Part shown: piece after piece, positions 25,242 to 38,031 of the stretch
Layout of the letters: each line of letters opens with the position of its first letter
How positions within the stretch are numbered: the stretch's first letter is position 1
Assembly: GCF_018977255.1 (NCBI RefSeq)
Contig: NW_024704742.1
Span: forward strand, 124,808,001-124,872,000
Direction: 5' to 3'
Length of the DNA stretch: 64,000 nucleotides
Origin: Callorhinchus milii
Lineage: Eukaryota
The notes under the pieces: model-generated
What the model saw: the letters and a program-made list of their open reading frames with translations, nothing else
What the model was told of the DNA's origin: nothing
Databases searched by the model: none
Translations under genes and position numbers: made by a program

Positions 25242-27500
25242 ACAACAACAACAACTTGGATTTATATAGCGCCCTCCACGCCGGACGGCGTCTCAGAGCG
25301 CTTTACAGTAAAGGATCCCAGCGCTGAGCCAGCGGGAGGGGGAGGAAGGTGACCAAAGGCGCGGTCGAAGAGAAAGCCCTTCAGCAGAGACTTGAAAATA
25401 GGAAGAAAGAGAGCGAGGCAAAGGGAGTGAGGAAGGGAATTCCACCGAGGGTGGAGCGGAGGACTCGGGGGATAAGGAGGAGGTCAGACCCGGAGGAGTG
25501 AAAGCAACGGGCACTGTTTTGAGGAGAGAGGAGGTCAGAGAGGTAGGGGGGTGCAGAGGAGTGAAGGGATTTGAATACAAGGGTGAGGATCTTGAAGTCG
25601 ACCCTCTCTGGGACAGGCAGCCAGTGCAGTCTGACAAGGACTGGTGATCAGGGAGCGGAGTTTGATACGGGTGAGAATGTGGGCGGTAGAGTTTTGAATG
25701 ATCTAGATTTTATGGATGGTAGTAGATGGGAGACCGGCGAGGAGGGTATTAGAGTAGTCCAGCCGAGAGGTGACAAAGGCATGGACCAGGGTTTCAGTGA
25801 CTTTCGGAGAAAGGTATTGATAGAGGCGGGCAATGTGTTGGAGGTGGAAGAAGGCGGTGCTGGTGAGGGACCGGATGTGGGGGAGGAAGGATAATTGGGG
25901 GTCGAACCTGACGCCTAAGTTGCGTATGGGTTCGGAGAGTTTTAGGCGGAGGTCGGGTAGGTGGAGATGGTGAGAACTGTGAGATTTTAGACGTTGACGA
26001 GAGCCAAAGAGTATGGCTTCCATCTTGTCAACTTTCAGCTGAAGGAAATTTGCGCTCATCCAACCCCTGAGGTCTGACAGGCAGGCTGACAGAACATCAG
26101 AGGACTGGTGGTCGCAAAGATAGGTGGAAAAATAGAGTTGGGTATCGTCCGCATACATGTGGAAATGTACCCCATGTCTGCAGATGACATCCCCAAGAGG
26201 CAGCATGTAGATCAGAAAGAGGAGGGGGCCAAGGATGGATCCTTGGGGTACCCCGCAGGTGACTGGGTGAGAGTGAGAGGAGAAACCGTTCGTGCAGATG
26301 TACTGCTGGTGGTTTGTGAGGTAGGACTCGAACCAGGCGAGTGCGGTCCCACTGAGGTGGATGACGGAGGAAAGGCGGTGGAGGAGGATGCCTTGATCGA
26401 CTGTCGAACGCCGTGGAGAGATTCAGGAGGACAAGGAGGCAGAGGGAGCCCTGGTCACAGATAGAGAGGATGTTGTTTGTGATTTTCACAAGCGCAGTCT
26501 CTGTATTGTGGGCAGGGCGGAAACCGGACTGGAGGAGTTCGAAGAGGGAGTAGGAGGAGAGGTGTGCGTGAAGTTGATTGGCAACAACGCGTTCTAAGAC
26601 TTTTGCGAGGAAGAGCAGGTTAGAAATGAGACAACAACAACAAGATTCCATTTATAGAGCGCCTTTCACGAGATGGAAGTGGCTGGAGTTTGAGGGATCT
26701 CTAGGGAAGGTTTTTTGAGGAGGGGGGTTATGACAGCAGTTTTGAGGGGGGTAGAGACTGATCCAGAGGAGAGGGACTGGTTGATGACATCAGCCAGTAG
26801 TGGGCAGAGGAGGGGGAGCTGGGTGACCAGCAAGTTGGTGGGAAGGGGGTAGAGGCAGCAGGTGCTGGGTTTCATGGAAGTGATGGTGGGTGAGAGGGAG
26901 GAGGGAGAAATGGGGAGGAAGGAATGTAGAATGGGGGTGGTGGTAGGAGCGGATGATGGGGAGGGTAAGGGGGACAAGAGGGGGTAGTGGTGGGTGACAA
27001 GAGGCAGGTGGATGAGGCTGCCTGGCGGATTTTGTGAATTTTAGATGAAAAGAAGTCCATGACCTCCACGCACTTGGCATTTGATATGAAGATTGAGGAG
27101 GCCCGAGGGGGGCCATGGAGGAGGTAGTGGGTGGTGGAAAGAAGGATTTTAGGGTTGTGTTTAGCCTCCAAGATGATATTGGAGTAGAAGGCCGTTTTTG
27201 CGCGGTAGCTGTGGAGATGCTTGAGTCACAGTTGGCAGTGGACTGTCAGGCCAGTTATCCACCATCTGCGCTCGAGCAGCCGGGTTTGGGTTTTTAGGCG
27301 GCGGAGATGGTTGTTGTACCAGGGAGATTGGGTGTATTTGGAAATGGTCCTGGATTTCAGGGGGCCGAGGCAGTTGAAGGTGGAGGAGAGGCGATCATGG
27401 AGCAGCTGGATGGCTGCTTCAGGATCTCCATGGGTGAAAGGCCAGAGGGATAGAATGTTTGATGATGCGAGGGCCTTTGTGAGGGTCTCAGGGGGTAGCT
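25242..27500 (-). mobile_element. L2 LINE of a distinct subfamily, ~2.3 kb, 5'-truncated, frameshifted RT pseudogene
   Basis: Fragmented ORFs: [60 protein letters not shown]. Its 3' stem-loop differs from the other L2s. Confidence 0.95.
26632..26669 (-). mobile_element. ~38 bp extreme 3' end of the young L2 inserted in the RT region of the older L2
   Basis: caacaacaacaagattccatttatagagcgcctttcac matches 38044 onward; flanked by GAGA on both sides. Confidence 0.85.
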
Positions 27501-27503
27501 GCA

Positions 27504-27865
27504 TGTGATTTACTGTAAAGTGTAATGGGTCTAATTTGTGGGTAAATAACGCAGCCAACATGTGGATAGCAATATCCCACATACAAACATGAAGTGAATG
27601 ATGAATATTATGTGGGGAATTATTGACCAGGACAACAGGAGAAACTCCATTCTCTTTTCAAACAGTGCCATGGGATCTTTAATGTCCTTGATCGGGTAGA
27701 TGGGACCTCAGTTTAACATTTCATCTGAAGGATGACACCTCTAGCTTTGTACCATTCTGTAAAACTCACTAGAGTGTCAATGTAGACTGTGACTTCAAAG
27801 CCCCAGTGCTGTGCTGGTACCCAAAGCCTTGCTACTCAGAGTGAGACCGTGATCCAGGCTGACAC
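27504..27865 (-). mobile_element. Old Deu-domain SINE; its tail probably lies at 25220-25241, across the L2
   Basis: gtgccatgggatctttaatgtc, cctcagtttaacatttcatctgaagg, ccaggctgacac. Confidence 0.8.
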
Positions 27866-28904
27866 AGGAAATAAAAATAGCACAGTGGTTACATCTGTGG
27901 GGTTGGCATTTCTGCAGTGAACTCCTCAATGCTGAAATTTCTGTCAGGGTTATAGGTAGCGATTGTGAAAATGTGCTATTTTTATGGGGAAATCAATTTG
28001 GAAGTCAATGTCACTGCTCTTAACACCTACAATAATTGCGACCCAGAGTGCTACAATACAAGGCTTTAACATATGAATTTATTATTTTACTGCTCAAACA
28101 TAAGGCATGTGGTGTTGTTGTGCTAATCTTAACCACTGTTATTGTTATGCCGAAAGCCACCAAGAAAACATTCTAAACATTGAGCGTAATCATTTTTTCC
28201 AATGTTTTAAGTGGCAGTCTGAAGATCTGACTCAACGTTAAAGGAATTTACACATAACATCAAGTTTGGGAGCAGCATGTAATGAGTGGAGAAGGCAGTC
28301 GAGATCTTTCATAAGGAGCCTGACGTGTTAAACACATGGGCAAACAAATTCAGTAAAGATAAACGCAAGAGATGTTAGTACAAAATAGATGCTTGCATAC
28401 ATAAGATGTTTGCATACATAAGAACACTCATTGCACTTAACGTAACTCTTTGTGTGAAATGCTATGGCTATCTCTCAATTGATGACGTGATTTAAATTGG
28501 AATGTAAAGAGTAGAAGGAGGTTATTCAGCCCTTTGAGATTGTTCCATTCGTTTATTACAAACAAAACACATTTTCTTGATTGAATATTTCCTGATTGAT
28601 ACCATAAATCAAAAAATATTCAATCAAGAAAGAAATGAAAACACATTACTGTTTGAACATGCACTTACTTAGACTCAAGGAAATATTCAAGTGGGGGGGT
28701 GGATTGGGGGGGTGCTCCTTGATGGCCCCATGGGCCAGAAGTGGCCTGTGGATCACAGGTTGGCCACTGCCATTTATTAGATTATGCCAAATCTTTTGAT
28801 CCTACTTTCCCACTTTTATTAAAGCCCTTACAACAACAACAACAAAAACAACAAATGATATTTGTATAGCGTCTTTCACTTTGGGAGGACATCCAAAAAA
28901 AGAT

Positions 28905-29216
28905 GAAATATTGGGCAAGTTTCCTTACTCCACATTCCTTTGTTTACCTAGCAGTAAGTAGGAACCCGGTTGTTAGTCGATTGGCGGATAGCTTTCCGGG
29001 TGGTAATAATTCCTTCAAAATACATTTTTAAAATAATTTGGTCACTCAATCAACAACTGTTTGTGGGACACTGCTGTGCGCAATTGGCTGCTGCGTTTCG
29101 TCCACAAAATATACAGTCGAATCAATTTACAATATATTCTGTGAAGCGCTTTGAGATGTCTCGAAGATGTGATAAAGTGCTATATCAAATGTAAGGATTA
29201 TTATTATTACTATTAT
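28905..29216 (+). mobile_element. tRNA-headed SINE, long subfamily, inserted into a short minus-strand L2 tail (28829-28895 and 29217-29233)
   Basis: L2 tail gggaggacatcc resumes after the SINE as cccaaggcgctggacag. Confidence 0.85.
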
Positions 29217-30547
29217 CCCAAGGCGCTGGACAGTCTTACTTACCAAGTATCCATCTATCTCTCTTTTAGACATCCCAGTTGTTCTGCCGCTATTTGTGAA
29301 GGCATTCTACATGTTGGTATTATTTTGTTGTATTCATTGGGAAAGGCAGAACTGTACCATTCTTTTCAAATGCTCTGGTCTTACTTCTAGACAAATTGCA
29401 AGCAAATTCCTGACTTAAACCAAATGTTTATCAAGTCCCAGTTTATTCCTGTATTAGTTTATTACTTATGTTTATTACAATACTGTGGTTATATAAGCAC
29501 TGCTTTTTCATGGTCTGACTTATTGTATACTCCAGAATTCCACTGTAAAATGGGGCCCACTTGGACACATTCAAGATCAGATCATAGTACAACCTAGTTA
29601 AGATCAATTCTGTGAGGTAAAGTCCCAAAAGCTTGTGTTATAATATTAAACCAGGTCATAATCGTCTTTTTATATATTAAAGTAAACCTTAACTATTCGC
29701 TGAAACAAAACACATTTAAAGAAACTTAACAGGTTAAGGTGTGATTTTTCTTCTGGGCTGAATCAAATGAAAGTCTGTGGAAAAGCTAACTTTTTGTATC
29801 ACAGGTTTACTGTGATATTCACATCAGTGACTCACCAAATATGGTAGGCGAGACAAACCATTGCTTAGTATAAACAGGGGATTGTAAGGATAAAGATACT
29901 TGGAGTTGATGGATCTGGCCACCTGCCATTACTTTCTCCGCTGCCGCAGCCTGTTTCTATTCGATGGTTTACTGCAGCTCATAGCACTGTGGAAAATGTA
30001 TTTCCAGCCTGAGTTTTACAGATTTAAATGGAATTCAAAATTGACAAGAATCAAACAAAAAGCTGTCGCTGTCCAGGAATCGACCTGGGAAACTAGAATA
30101 ATTATTTAGAAACATAAAATAGAGCACAAGTGGACAAACTAATTCCTAAAAGTGCGTTTTAAGCGTAACTAGGATTTTCTGCTCTTGCTGCGTACAAACA
30201 TACAAGGGTAAATGTTCAATTTGTGTTACAATGTAAGATTGATAAAAGGTTAAATGATCAATTTGAACACAATACAGTGCAATACAATTCACATTTATAT
30301 AGCTCCTTCTATTTTCGAGGAAGTCTCAAAAGGCTTTACAAAGCTGTCTGTGCACCTGAGCCAAGGGGTGGGAGCTGAAGAGTAGGAGGTGGGGGAGAAG
30401 GAGGAGTGTTGGAAAGATGACCAAAATAATGGTCAGCGAGGTATGTTTTGAAAATGCAGCATTGGAGATGAAAATGTCAGTATTCATAAACCAGGTGTGA
30501 AATCCTGTAATGTATTGGTTAGAACACACGCTTCACAAGTGAAAGGA

Positions 30548-31716
30548 CAACAACAACAAAAAATTACATTTATAGAGTGCCTTTCACATCGGGAGGACAT
30601 CCCAAAGCGCTGAACAGTCAGGTGTCAGGGTCCGAGCGTGGGGGAGGGGTGGTGTAGGGGTGAGGGAAGGCAGAGAGGTGGGAGGGAGACCAAAGGCACG
30701 GTCGAGAAGGGTCTTGAGACCGAACTTGAAGGAGGCAAGGGAGGAAGCGAGGTGAAGGGACCGTGGGATGGAGTTCCAGAGTGTGGGGGCAGAGATGCTG
30801 AAAGCCCGGCCACCAATGGTAGGGCGGGTTGGGCGGGAGACATGGAGCAGGCCGGAGCCTGATGAACGGAGGGAGCGAGCAGGTTGGTAGAGAGTCAGCA
30901 GGTCAGAGAGGTAGGAGGGGGCAAGGCCATGGATGGCCTTGAAAGTGAGGACGAGGATCTTGAACTCGATCCTCTGGGGTATGGAGAGCCAGTCGAGTTG
31001 GGCGAGGATGGGAGTGATGGGGTCACAGAGCCTGGTGCGTGAGAGTACACAAGCTTCAGAGTTTTGGTTGATCTGCAGCTTGTGAAAGGAAGAGTTGGGA
31101 AGGCCGATGAGGAGGGAGTTCCTGTAATCGAGCCTTGATGTGATGAATGCGTGGGTGAGGGTTTCGGCAGCCTGAGGTGTGAGGCAGTGGCGGAGTCTGG
31201 CAATGTTGCAGAGCTGGTGGTAGGCAGTGCGGTCATGGCACGGATGTGGGGGAGAAAGTACAGTTCAGGGTCAAACATGACACCCAGGTTCCTGACTGAC
31301 TTAGTGAGGTTGAGTGTGCAGCCGTGGAGGCTGATGCTGCCAACGCCTGAGTTGCAGAGGTGCTGGCACAAGCCAATCAGGATAGCCTCGGTCTTGCTGA
31401 CGTTGAGTTGGAGAAAGTTGGTCCTCATCCAGGACTTGATGTCGGACAGGCAGTCAGTCAGGACGCCAGTAGTCCTGGAGTTGAGGTTGGAGGCAGAGAG
31501 GTAGAGTTGGGTGTCATCCGCATACATGTGGAAATTTACCCCATATCTGCGGATGATGTCACCAAGGGGGAGCATATAGAGGGTGAAGAGGAGGGGATCG
31601 AGGACAGAGCCCTGAGGAACGCCTCACGAGACGGTGTGGGGGCTGGAGAAGAAGCCATTTGCTGTGACAAAGTGGAGGCAGTGTTAAAGGTAGGGCCTGA
31701 ACCAGTCAAGGACAGA
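30548..31716 (-). mobile_element. 5'-truncated L2 LINE with RT catalytic motif
   Basis: ORF 30895-31575 has [29 protein letters not shown]; same subfamily as 4151-4903. Confidence 0.95.
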
Positions 31717-31724
31717 ACCTGACT

Positions 31725-31885
31725 GGTTCAGGTCCTACCCGGGTTTGATTCATGAGAAGGGCAAAACCTTGGGCAAGTTTCTTTACTCCACACACTTCTG
31801 TTTATCTTGCAGTAAGTAGGAACCCGATCGTTAGTCGATTGGTGGATCACTTTTCCGGGGGTAATAATTCCTTTAAAAAAACTGC
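31725..31885 (+). mobile_element. SINE long-subfamily internal fragment
   Basis: cttgggcaagtttctttactccacac...agtaagtaggaacccgatcgttagtcgattgg. Confidence 0.8.
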
Positions 31886-32319
31886 AATCAATGACCGATG
31901 TCCTGAATAGTGAGGTGCCTGGTTTACTCAAACAGAGAGCCTGTTTTTTAACACAGACAATGAAAGAGACTGAAAAAGTGCTCGCAATTGTGAGGTGGCA
32001 AACCGGGTTTCTATTGTATTCAAGAACCGAAAAGAGATGAACAATTCCCTTATCTTTGCCCACACATAGATCTTGTGGGATTAGTCATTTACACCAGTTT
32101 CCTAATTGCTGTCTTAACACATATCAGCTATATTTTAAAGTATAACAAGACCATAATGTACAGCTTCTTAAGCTTGACTATAGTTTTGCAAAACATCATA
32201 AGTTCATCAAGGATTTTCTGCCATGTTAGTATTATCTTGTACAAAATATTCTTGAAGACAAGATAAGGCGCTATATCAAACGCAAGGATTATTATTATGA
32301 AATGTTTGTGATTGATTTT

Positions 32320-32830
32320 ATTTTATTTGGTCGGGTGTCTGATACACACGTAAATTCAACACCCTGCTTAAGAGCATCCATACCACATTAGCTGAGAGCT
32401 CCACACATGCATGTTTTATGTTTGTCTGATGTGGAGTGTACACTCTCTCCCCACAGAGAGATGTGCCCTGCTTACCAAATCCCAGAGAATTTGGGTGAAA
32501 GTAGGCCAGAGGCAAGGCTTGGTGACCCAAGTGTGTTCATTGGAGTTTTGCTGGAGTTTAACCAGCTGAAAGTGAGCCCAGCTTGGACCACACCACCTAT
32601 TCGGGTTAGGCTTGCAGTGTTATCTGGAATTGAGCGGGGAGAATTGTCTGCTGCTCCAAGTCCTCCCAATGAGCAAGGCTGGCTGATCATCAGTGCCCTG
32701 GGATATTGAGGCCTTGTCTGGCTCACATACCGTGACAGAGACTACCATAAAGGATAGACTCGATTCCGATCTTTCTTCATCTGGAGTGGAGCCAATAGGC
32801 TCCAAAGAGTCCTTGCTTACCTCCCCTTTC
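32320..32830 (+). repeat. Unclassified repeat family X, copy 4 (longest)
   Basis: Collinear with copies at 2722 (+), 17060-17560 (-) and 17965 (+). Confidence 0.7.
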
Positions 32831-34404
32831 ACCCCCTCCTCCCCCCTTTATACTTCCCTAACCTCCAAATGATTGTCAGTGCTTCACAAATCTCCTCCAT
32901 TGAGTAACGTGAGATACAACTTATTCATCTCAGTGGATGTATTGGCTTGAGTCTGTCTAGGACCTTAGCCTTTCTAGTGCTGCATGGTGGCTGTTGGATA
33001 TTAGACAACATGTTGTTATTTTTGAAAACCTCAGACAGGGAGTTGCTTAATATGTTTGCTGTCTTCTGATCATACTTATTTTCAAATCTCTTTGGGTCCC
33101 TTAGGGTTTTCACTTCCACCCTAACTACTTTGTACTTTATAGTAGCTTCCCTCCTGACTGCTCTATTGCTGGGACAGTAAACGAATGATGACAGAAGAGT
33201 TCCTTAATTATGTGAAAATAATAATAAAATAATTTACATGTTTATAATAATAAAAATAATAATCCTTACATTTGGTATAGCACCTTTCATGTCTGGAGGA
33301 CATCCCAAAAAGCTTCACAGGATATACTGTAAGATGCAGTGACTGTGTCTTTTGTGGCAAACACAATCATTTTAATAACAATCTGCGTTTTTGATACAGT
33401 ACCTATAACATCAGAATGTCTCAAAGCATACTTAATTGTAGGGTGAACGTGGCAGACATTTGGCACACAGTAGGGTCCAGCCATGAGGTGAATACTCACT
33501 TTATCTGTAGGCTTGTTGGCTAGGACACTAAGAGAAACTTCCTTCTCTTTTCAAATAATGCTGTGAGATCTTTTAACACCTGAACAGGCAGAATGGGTAT
33601 CGACTAGTCTCATCCGCAGTACAGAATTTATGTAAATCCCGTCCAAAACCTTTGCTGTTCTCCTGCTGATCTCTTTCCCCGAACAGATAGGTTTGCCAAG
33701 CAACACTTCAAGAAAGTGATATCCTTTTAACAAGATCCAGATTTGGAACTATATAAATTTGGACAGAAACTCTATGAATTTTCCTGGACTGTTATTTGAA
33801 TTAAAACTCTATTGGAGGGAGGGAAATTGTACATCCGTTAAAGCAATTCTACAATTTACACATGTTTCATAGAGTTTTGTTGCCTGTCATTGATTTCCAA
33901 TGTGTATTGAAGATTCTGGCATTATGGGGTTTTTACATTGTGATGGCTTTGAATTGCCTAATCATCTTTCTTAAAATAATAATATTATCAATTTCAAATA
34001 TGATATCAATAATCTTTGAATCTGATATAATGTCTCATCACGTCATCACAATGTTTCAAGGCACTTTAAAAGATTTACTGTAAAGTATAGTGAATTCCTC
34101 TACCAAATATACAGAGTATATCCGCCTAAACGCTTTAAATGATCCTCCCGTCAGGAAAAGTGTTACACCAAATGTAAGGATTATTATTATTTGTAGACAC
34201 ACATGGCAATTTAATTAAAAATCCAGGTGAATCAATAGATCCATTAAATGAGATTTGTCAGGAAAATGTACAGTGTAACAGTTTTCTATGTTTTCTTTTG
34301 ATTTATTAAGATCGCGTCTTTGCAATTGAAATAAGGGCTGCGATCTCTTCCCTAGAATGGGCGATGTTTCTTCCATTGCTCCACATAATGCTTTATACCT
34401 GTAA

Positions 34405-34755
34405 AATAATAATAATAATAATAATCCTCACATTTGATAGAGTGCCTTTCACATAAGGAGGATGTCTCAATGTGCTTTTCAGGATATAATGCAAAGTGTA
34501 CTGTAGTGTGGCCATAAGTGACAGTCAATTTGCACACATTAGTGTCTGTCCCACAAATAGCCATGAAGTGAGTGACCAATTTTATTTGGGGGAATTGTTG
34601 GCCAGGATACTGGAGAAACTCCCTTCTCTTTTCGAATAGTGCCGTGGGATCTTCAATATCCACCTGAACAAGCAGATGAGACCTTAGTTTGATGTCTCAT
34701 CTGAAGGATAGCACCTACAACAATGCAGCACAGCATTGGAGTATCAACCTAGACT
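34405..34755 (-). mobile_element. Deu-domain SINE lacking its head
   Basis: (TTA)n tail, gttggccaggatactggagaaactccc, gtgccgtgggatcttcaa, ttagtttgatgtctcatctgaagg. Confidence 0.85.
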
Positions 34756-37118
34756 GCTATAATATTAAATGAAAATGAAAGAAGTTAAGTGAAATTCAAT
34801 GTTATATTTAAGTGCTTTTCATATTCACACCTACTGCAATAGTCTTGGGCAGATGAGTGTTGTTGCAGAGCCTCTCACAGGACATAAGGTAGAACAGCAA
34901 GTAGAATTGCAATTCTCTGCAAAAACTGTTAGAATAACTCAGTATTTTACGAGGGTAGATTGGTAGGTCAAGCACTAAGTGTAGTTGACTCTAAAACCAA
35001 GTATTTACTACACTTGGGTGGGCTCCGTGAACTCTTCACAGCCAGATTCCTCAATGATCCATCTGAGTGGGAGCTGAAGCTGATGCATTGCATTGTATGA
35101 TATCTGCCCGTTCATCGCAGAGTGCAACTGAGACCAATTACAAACAAATTCATCAACAAGCCTTCTCCAGACTCTTGTGGAGAGTCGCATCCTTATGATG
35201 GAAGGGTCAATTTCACATCGCAAATAAATGCTCTTGATATTCCAGCTTTGTCAATAAATTTTCAATATAAGAATGTATGTGATTAATTGAATTTTATTAC
35301 ACATATTTATGAATGCACAGTGAGAAATTTGTCAACCTTAAGGAACAGAACAGAATAGACCAGTACACATGGTGAATTTTTTTTGCAAACAATGCAAATA
35401 ACTCCCAAGTGAAATAATGTTGGATTATTCCAGTCTAATCTAACACTCTAATGCACTGCTTGATGAGTGCTGCATTGTCAAAAGTCCTATCCTTCAGATG
35501 AGATGTTAAGATGTTTAGGTGAATGTTATGGCACTATTTGGGAAGATAAGGAAGTTTCTCCCGATGCCCTGATCAACGATCCCCCAAATAAAATTTGTCA
35601 TTCACATCATGGCTGTTTCAAGGACATTGCTGTGAACAAAACAACTACAAATTGCATTCATATAGTGCCTTTCAGGTTGGGAATAAATTGGCTGCATTGT
35701 CAATACACTTGACAGAATCTTTGTGAAGCATTTTGAGAAGTGTAGACGCTATATCAAGTGTAATAATTATTACTACTGTTACCAGTTTAGAACTTCAGCC
35801 AAAACAATCCCATAAAGACAATACAAGGCAAAATAAATAAAACAAGTCTAAAGCTGCAAGGTTTAAATCTAATTCTGCAGGACTTCATTAAGAATCAATA
35901 ATAATCATTATCATTGCATTTGGAATAGCTCCTTTCATGTTAGGAGGACATCGCAACGTGCTTCATAGGATATTACTGTGAAGTGGAATGACCTTATGTT
36001 TTGTGGGTGAACCTGTATTGAATATATGGTATTAACTTGTATTGAATGTTTTAACAGTGCTTATGATCTCCAAAGTGCAAGTCGATAGCTGCTGGATGTA
36101 TTTTTCACACTCATTGCTGCTACTTCTTCAGAATCAGACCTAGCAAACAAATAGACATCTTTTCCCTTTGGGAATTGCTAGAGGTGTGACGATACTGATC
36201 CTCTGCCCAACAGCTCAGCACTAAATTAACATAGCAAGTAGCGTTAATGGGCTTTCAGAAGCAATGAATTGATGACCATCAACCAAGATGGACAAGAGAA
36301 TGGATTTGTCTGTGATTATCAACCATTGACTGGGATATATCCAGATCCCAGAATTTATCAACAAGTAAATAATGTATCCAACGATTATTGATTGAATAAG
36401 TAGATAATGTAAGACCTCAAAAAGAGACATCTCAGCAAGGGATAGCATAGAGGCATAATAATTACTTGGATTGGATGTAGTCCTTATCAAGTTGAAATTT
36501 CTCAAAGCACGTCAAAGAGTTTTTCTGCAAAGTTCAGTGACTATGTATTGATAAGCAAACAAATGTCATGTCCAGTGATAAATGGGCCATAAAGTATACC
36601 CGAACAATACTTTCAGATATGCCCATACAGCAGAACAAGAGATCACTATTTCAGGGTTACGAAGGATGTCACAAGTGATTTTAAAATTGTGGAACTCACT
36701 GATAAGATCATAACTAGAACATTGGGTTGAGATTTGAGTTGTGGAATGCCTTAATTCGCCTAGTGTAATAATGGACTTTGCAGTAAATCCTGTGAAGTGC
36801 TTTGAGACGTCTTGACGACATGATAAAGTGCTTTACCAAATGCAAGGATTATTATTGTTATTCATAATAACACCAATAGGATATAATCCAAACATTGAGC
36901 AAGTGACCATATAATAAGTCACACGCCAACTGGTTCTGCGATGTTCTGGAGACAGCCCCAACCACCCCACCTCCAAACCTGAAATTTATCCCACTGTTTG
37001 GGCTAAGGAACAGGCCATGCCATATATTGGACTTCTGGCTCTCAGATCAGATGTATCGGTTTGGCCCAGTCGGTAGTACTCTCACCTCTGGCTCAGAGGA
37101 CTGTGGGCTGAAACCCCT

Positions 37119-37815
37119 TGTTAGAAAATAAAATCAGCCAAATCTGTAAGGAAATAACGCTAATTCCTCTAACCAGATATCAGACTGTTTTATTATTATT
37201 CGTTCGTTATTCCCCAATATTCCGATGGGTCAGACCAAAAGCCGGTACAATCAACAGATCTTATAACAGAATAACACCACTATAGATATCTCGAGTTCAA
37301 GAGTTCAACACTGTGTCTTTACAGCACACAAGCTTGATTCTTCATGCTTTCAGTCTTCTTGCTTACAGCTTTCAATCTTCCATCTGATATCCTCAGTCTT
37401 AGTGTTTCTAGCTCTCAGTCTTCCATCTCCGTATCCTTGTCTCCGCAGCTCGGGATGGCCCCATCTCCCGTATCCTTGTCTCTGCGACCCGGGATGGCTC
37501 CATCTCCCGTATCCTTGTCTCCGCGACCCGGGACGGCTCCGTACACAAAGTTATTGGAACTCTTATACCAATGTTCATCCAATCATGGTGCGGACATTAG
37601 ATCACCTGGTCGAAATCATGCTGAGTTCACGTGAACATCTCATGGGGTGTACGTGTCTCAGCACACACAAACACACTGTCCTTGAGACAGTCCGTTATCT
37701 CGTGTACGTGCAGGGAGTTTCAGTCCAGCTGCCTACAACACACTTAACTTAAAAGTTAACCCGTTCGCAACATCAATTTGATTCCAACATTATACAAAAA
37801 GTGTAAATTCTAACA
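37119..37815 (-). mobile_element. Solo LTR, 697 bp (ERV- or Gypsy-type)
   Basis: TGTTAGAA...TTCTAACA perfect terminal inverted repeat; flanks CCCT/TCCT; minus-strand TATAA (37563-37567) next to two CCAAT, then AATAAA (37189-37194); cleanly interrupts a SINE. Confidence 0.85.
37423..37540. repeat. 39 bp tandem repeat, three copies, inside the LTR
   Basis: Unit ccatctcccgtatccttgtctccgcgacccgggatggct starts at 37423, 37461 and 37500. Confidence 0.95.
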
Positions 37816-38031
37816 TCCTCATTGGATCTTTGAGCTCACAGTCTCGGCTTGCAATCCAGAACAGTGCAGCACAACAGTGTTGAAGGTCTGTCCTTTGGAT
37901 GAGTTGTTAAAACAAGGTCCCGTCCGCCTATTTAAGATGGCTTTACAATTCAAAAAGCGAAAGTAGTTTTTTTTTGCGTCTGAGCCAAAAATCCTCCAGA
38001 TAAATTAATTTTTCACTTCATAGCTGCTTAT

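Noticed and set aside
28720..28772. hAT-like terminal remnant (also about 3915-3945)
   Set aside because: Only one degenerate end is visible, with no TSD.
35008..35223. 71 aa ORF with faint resemblance to a LINE RT segment
   Set aside because: No diagnostic motif or splice context; too weak to call.
37423..37540. CRISPR-like repeat array
   Set aside because: Head-to-tail repeats with no spacers, inside an LTR, in eukaryotic DNA with no cas genes.
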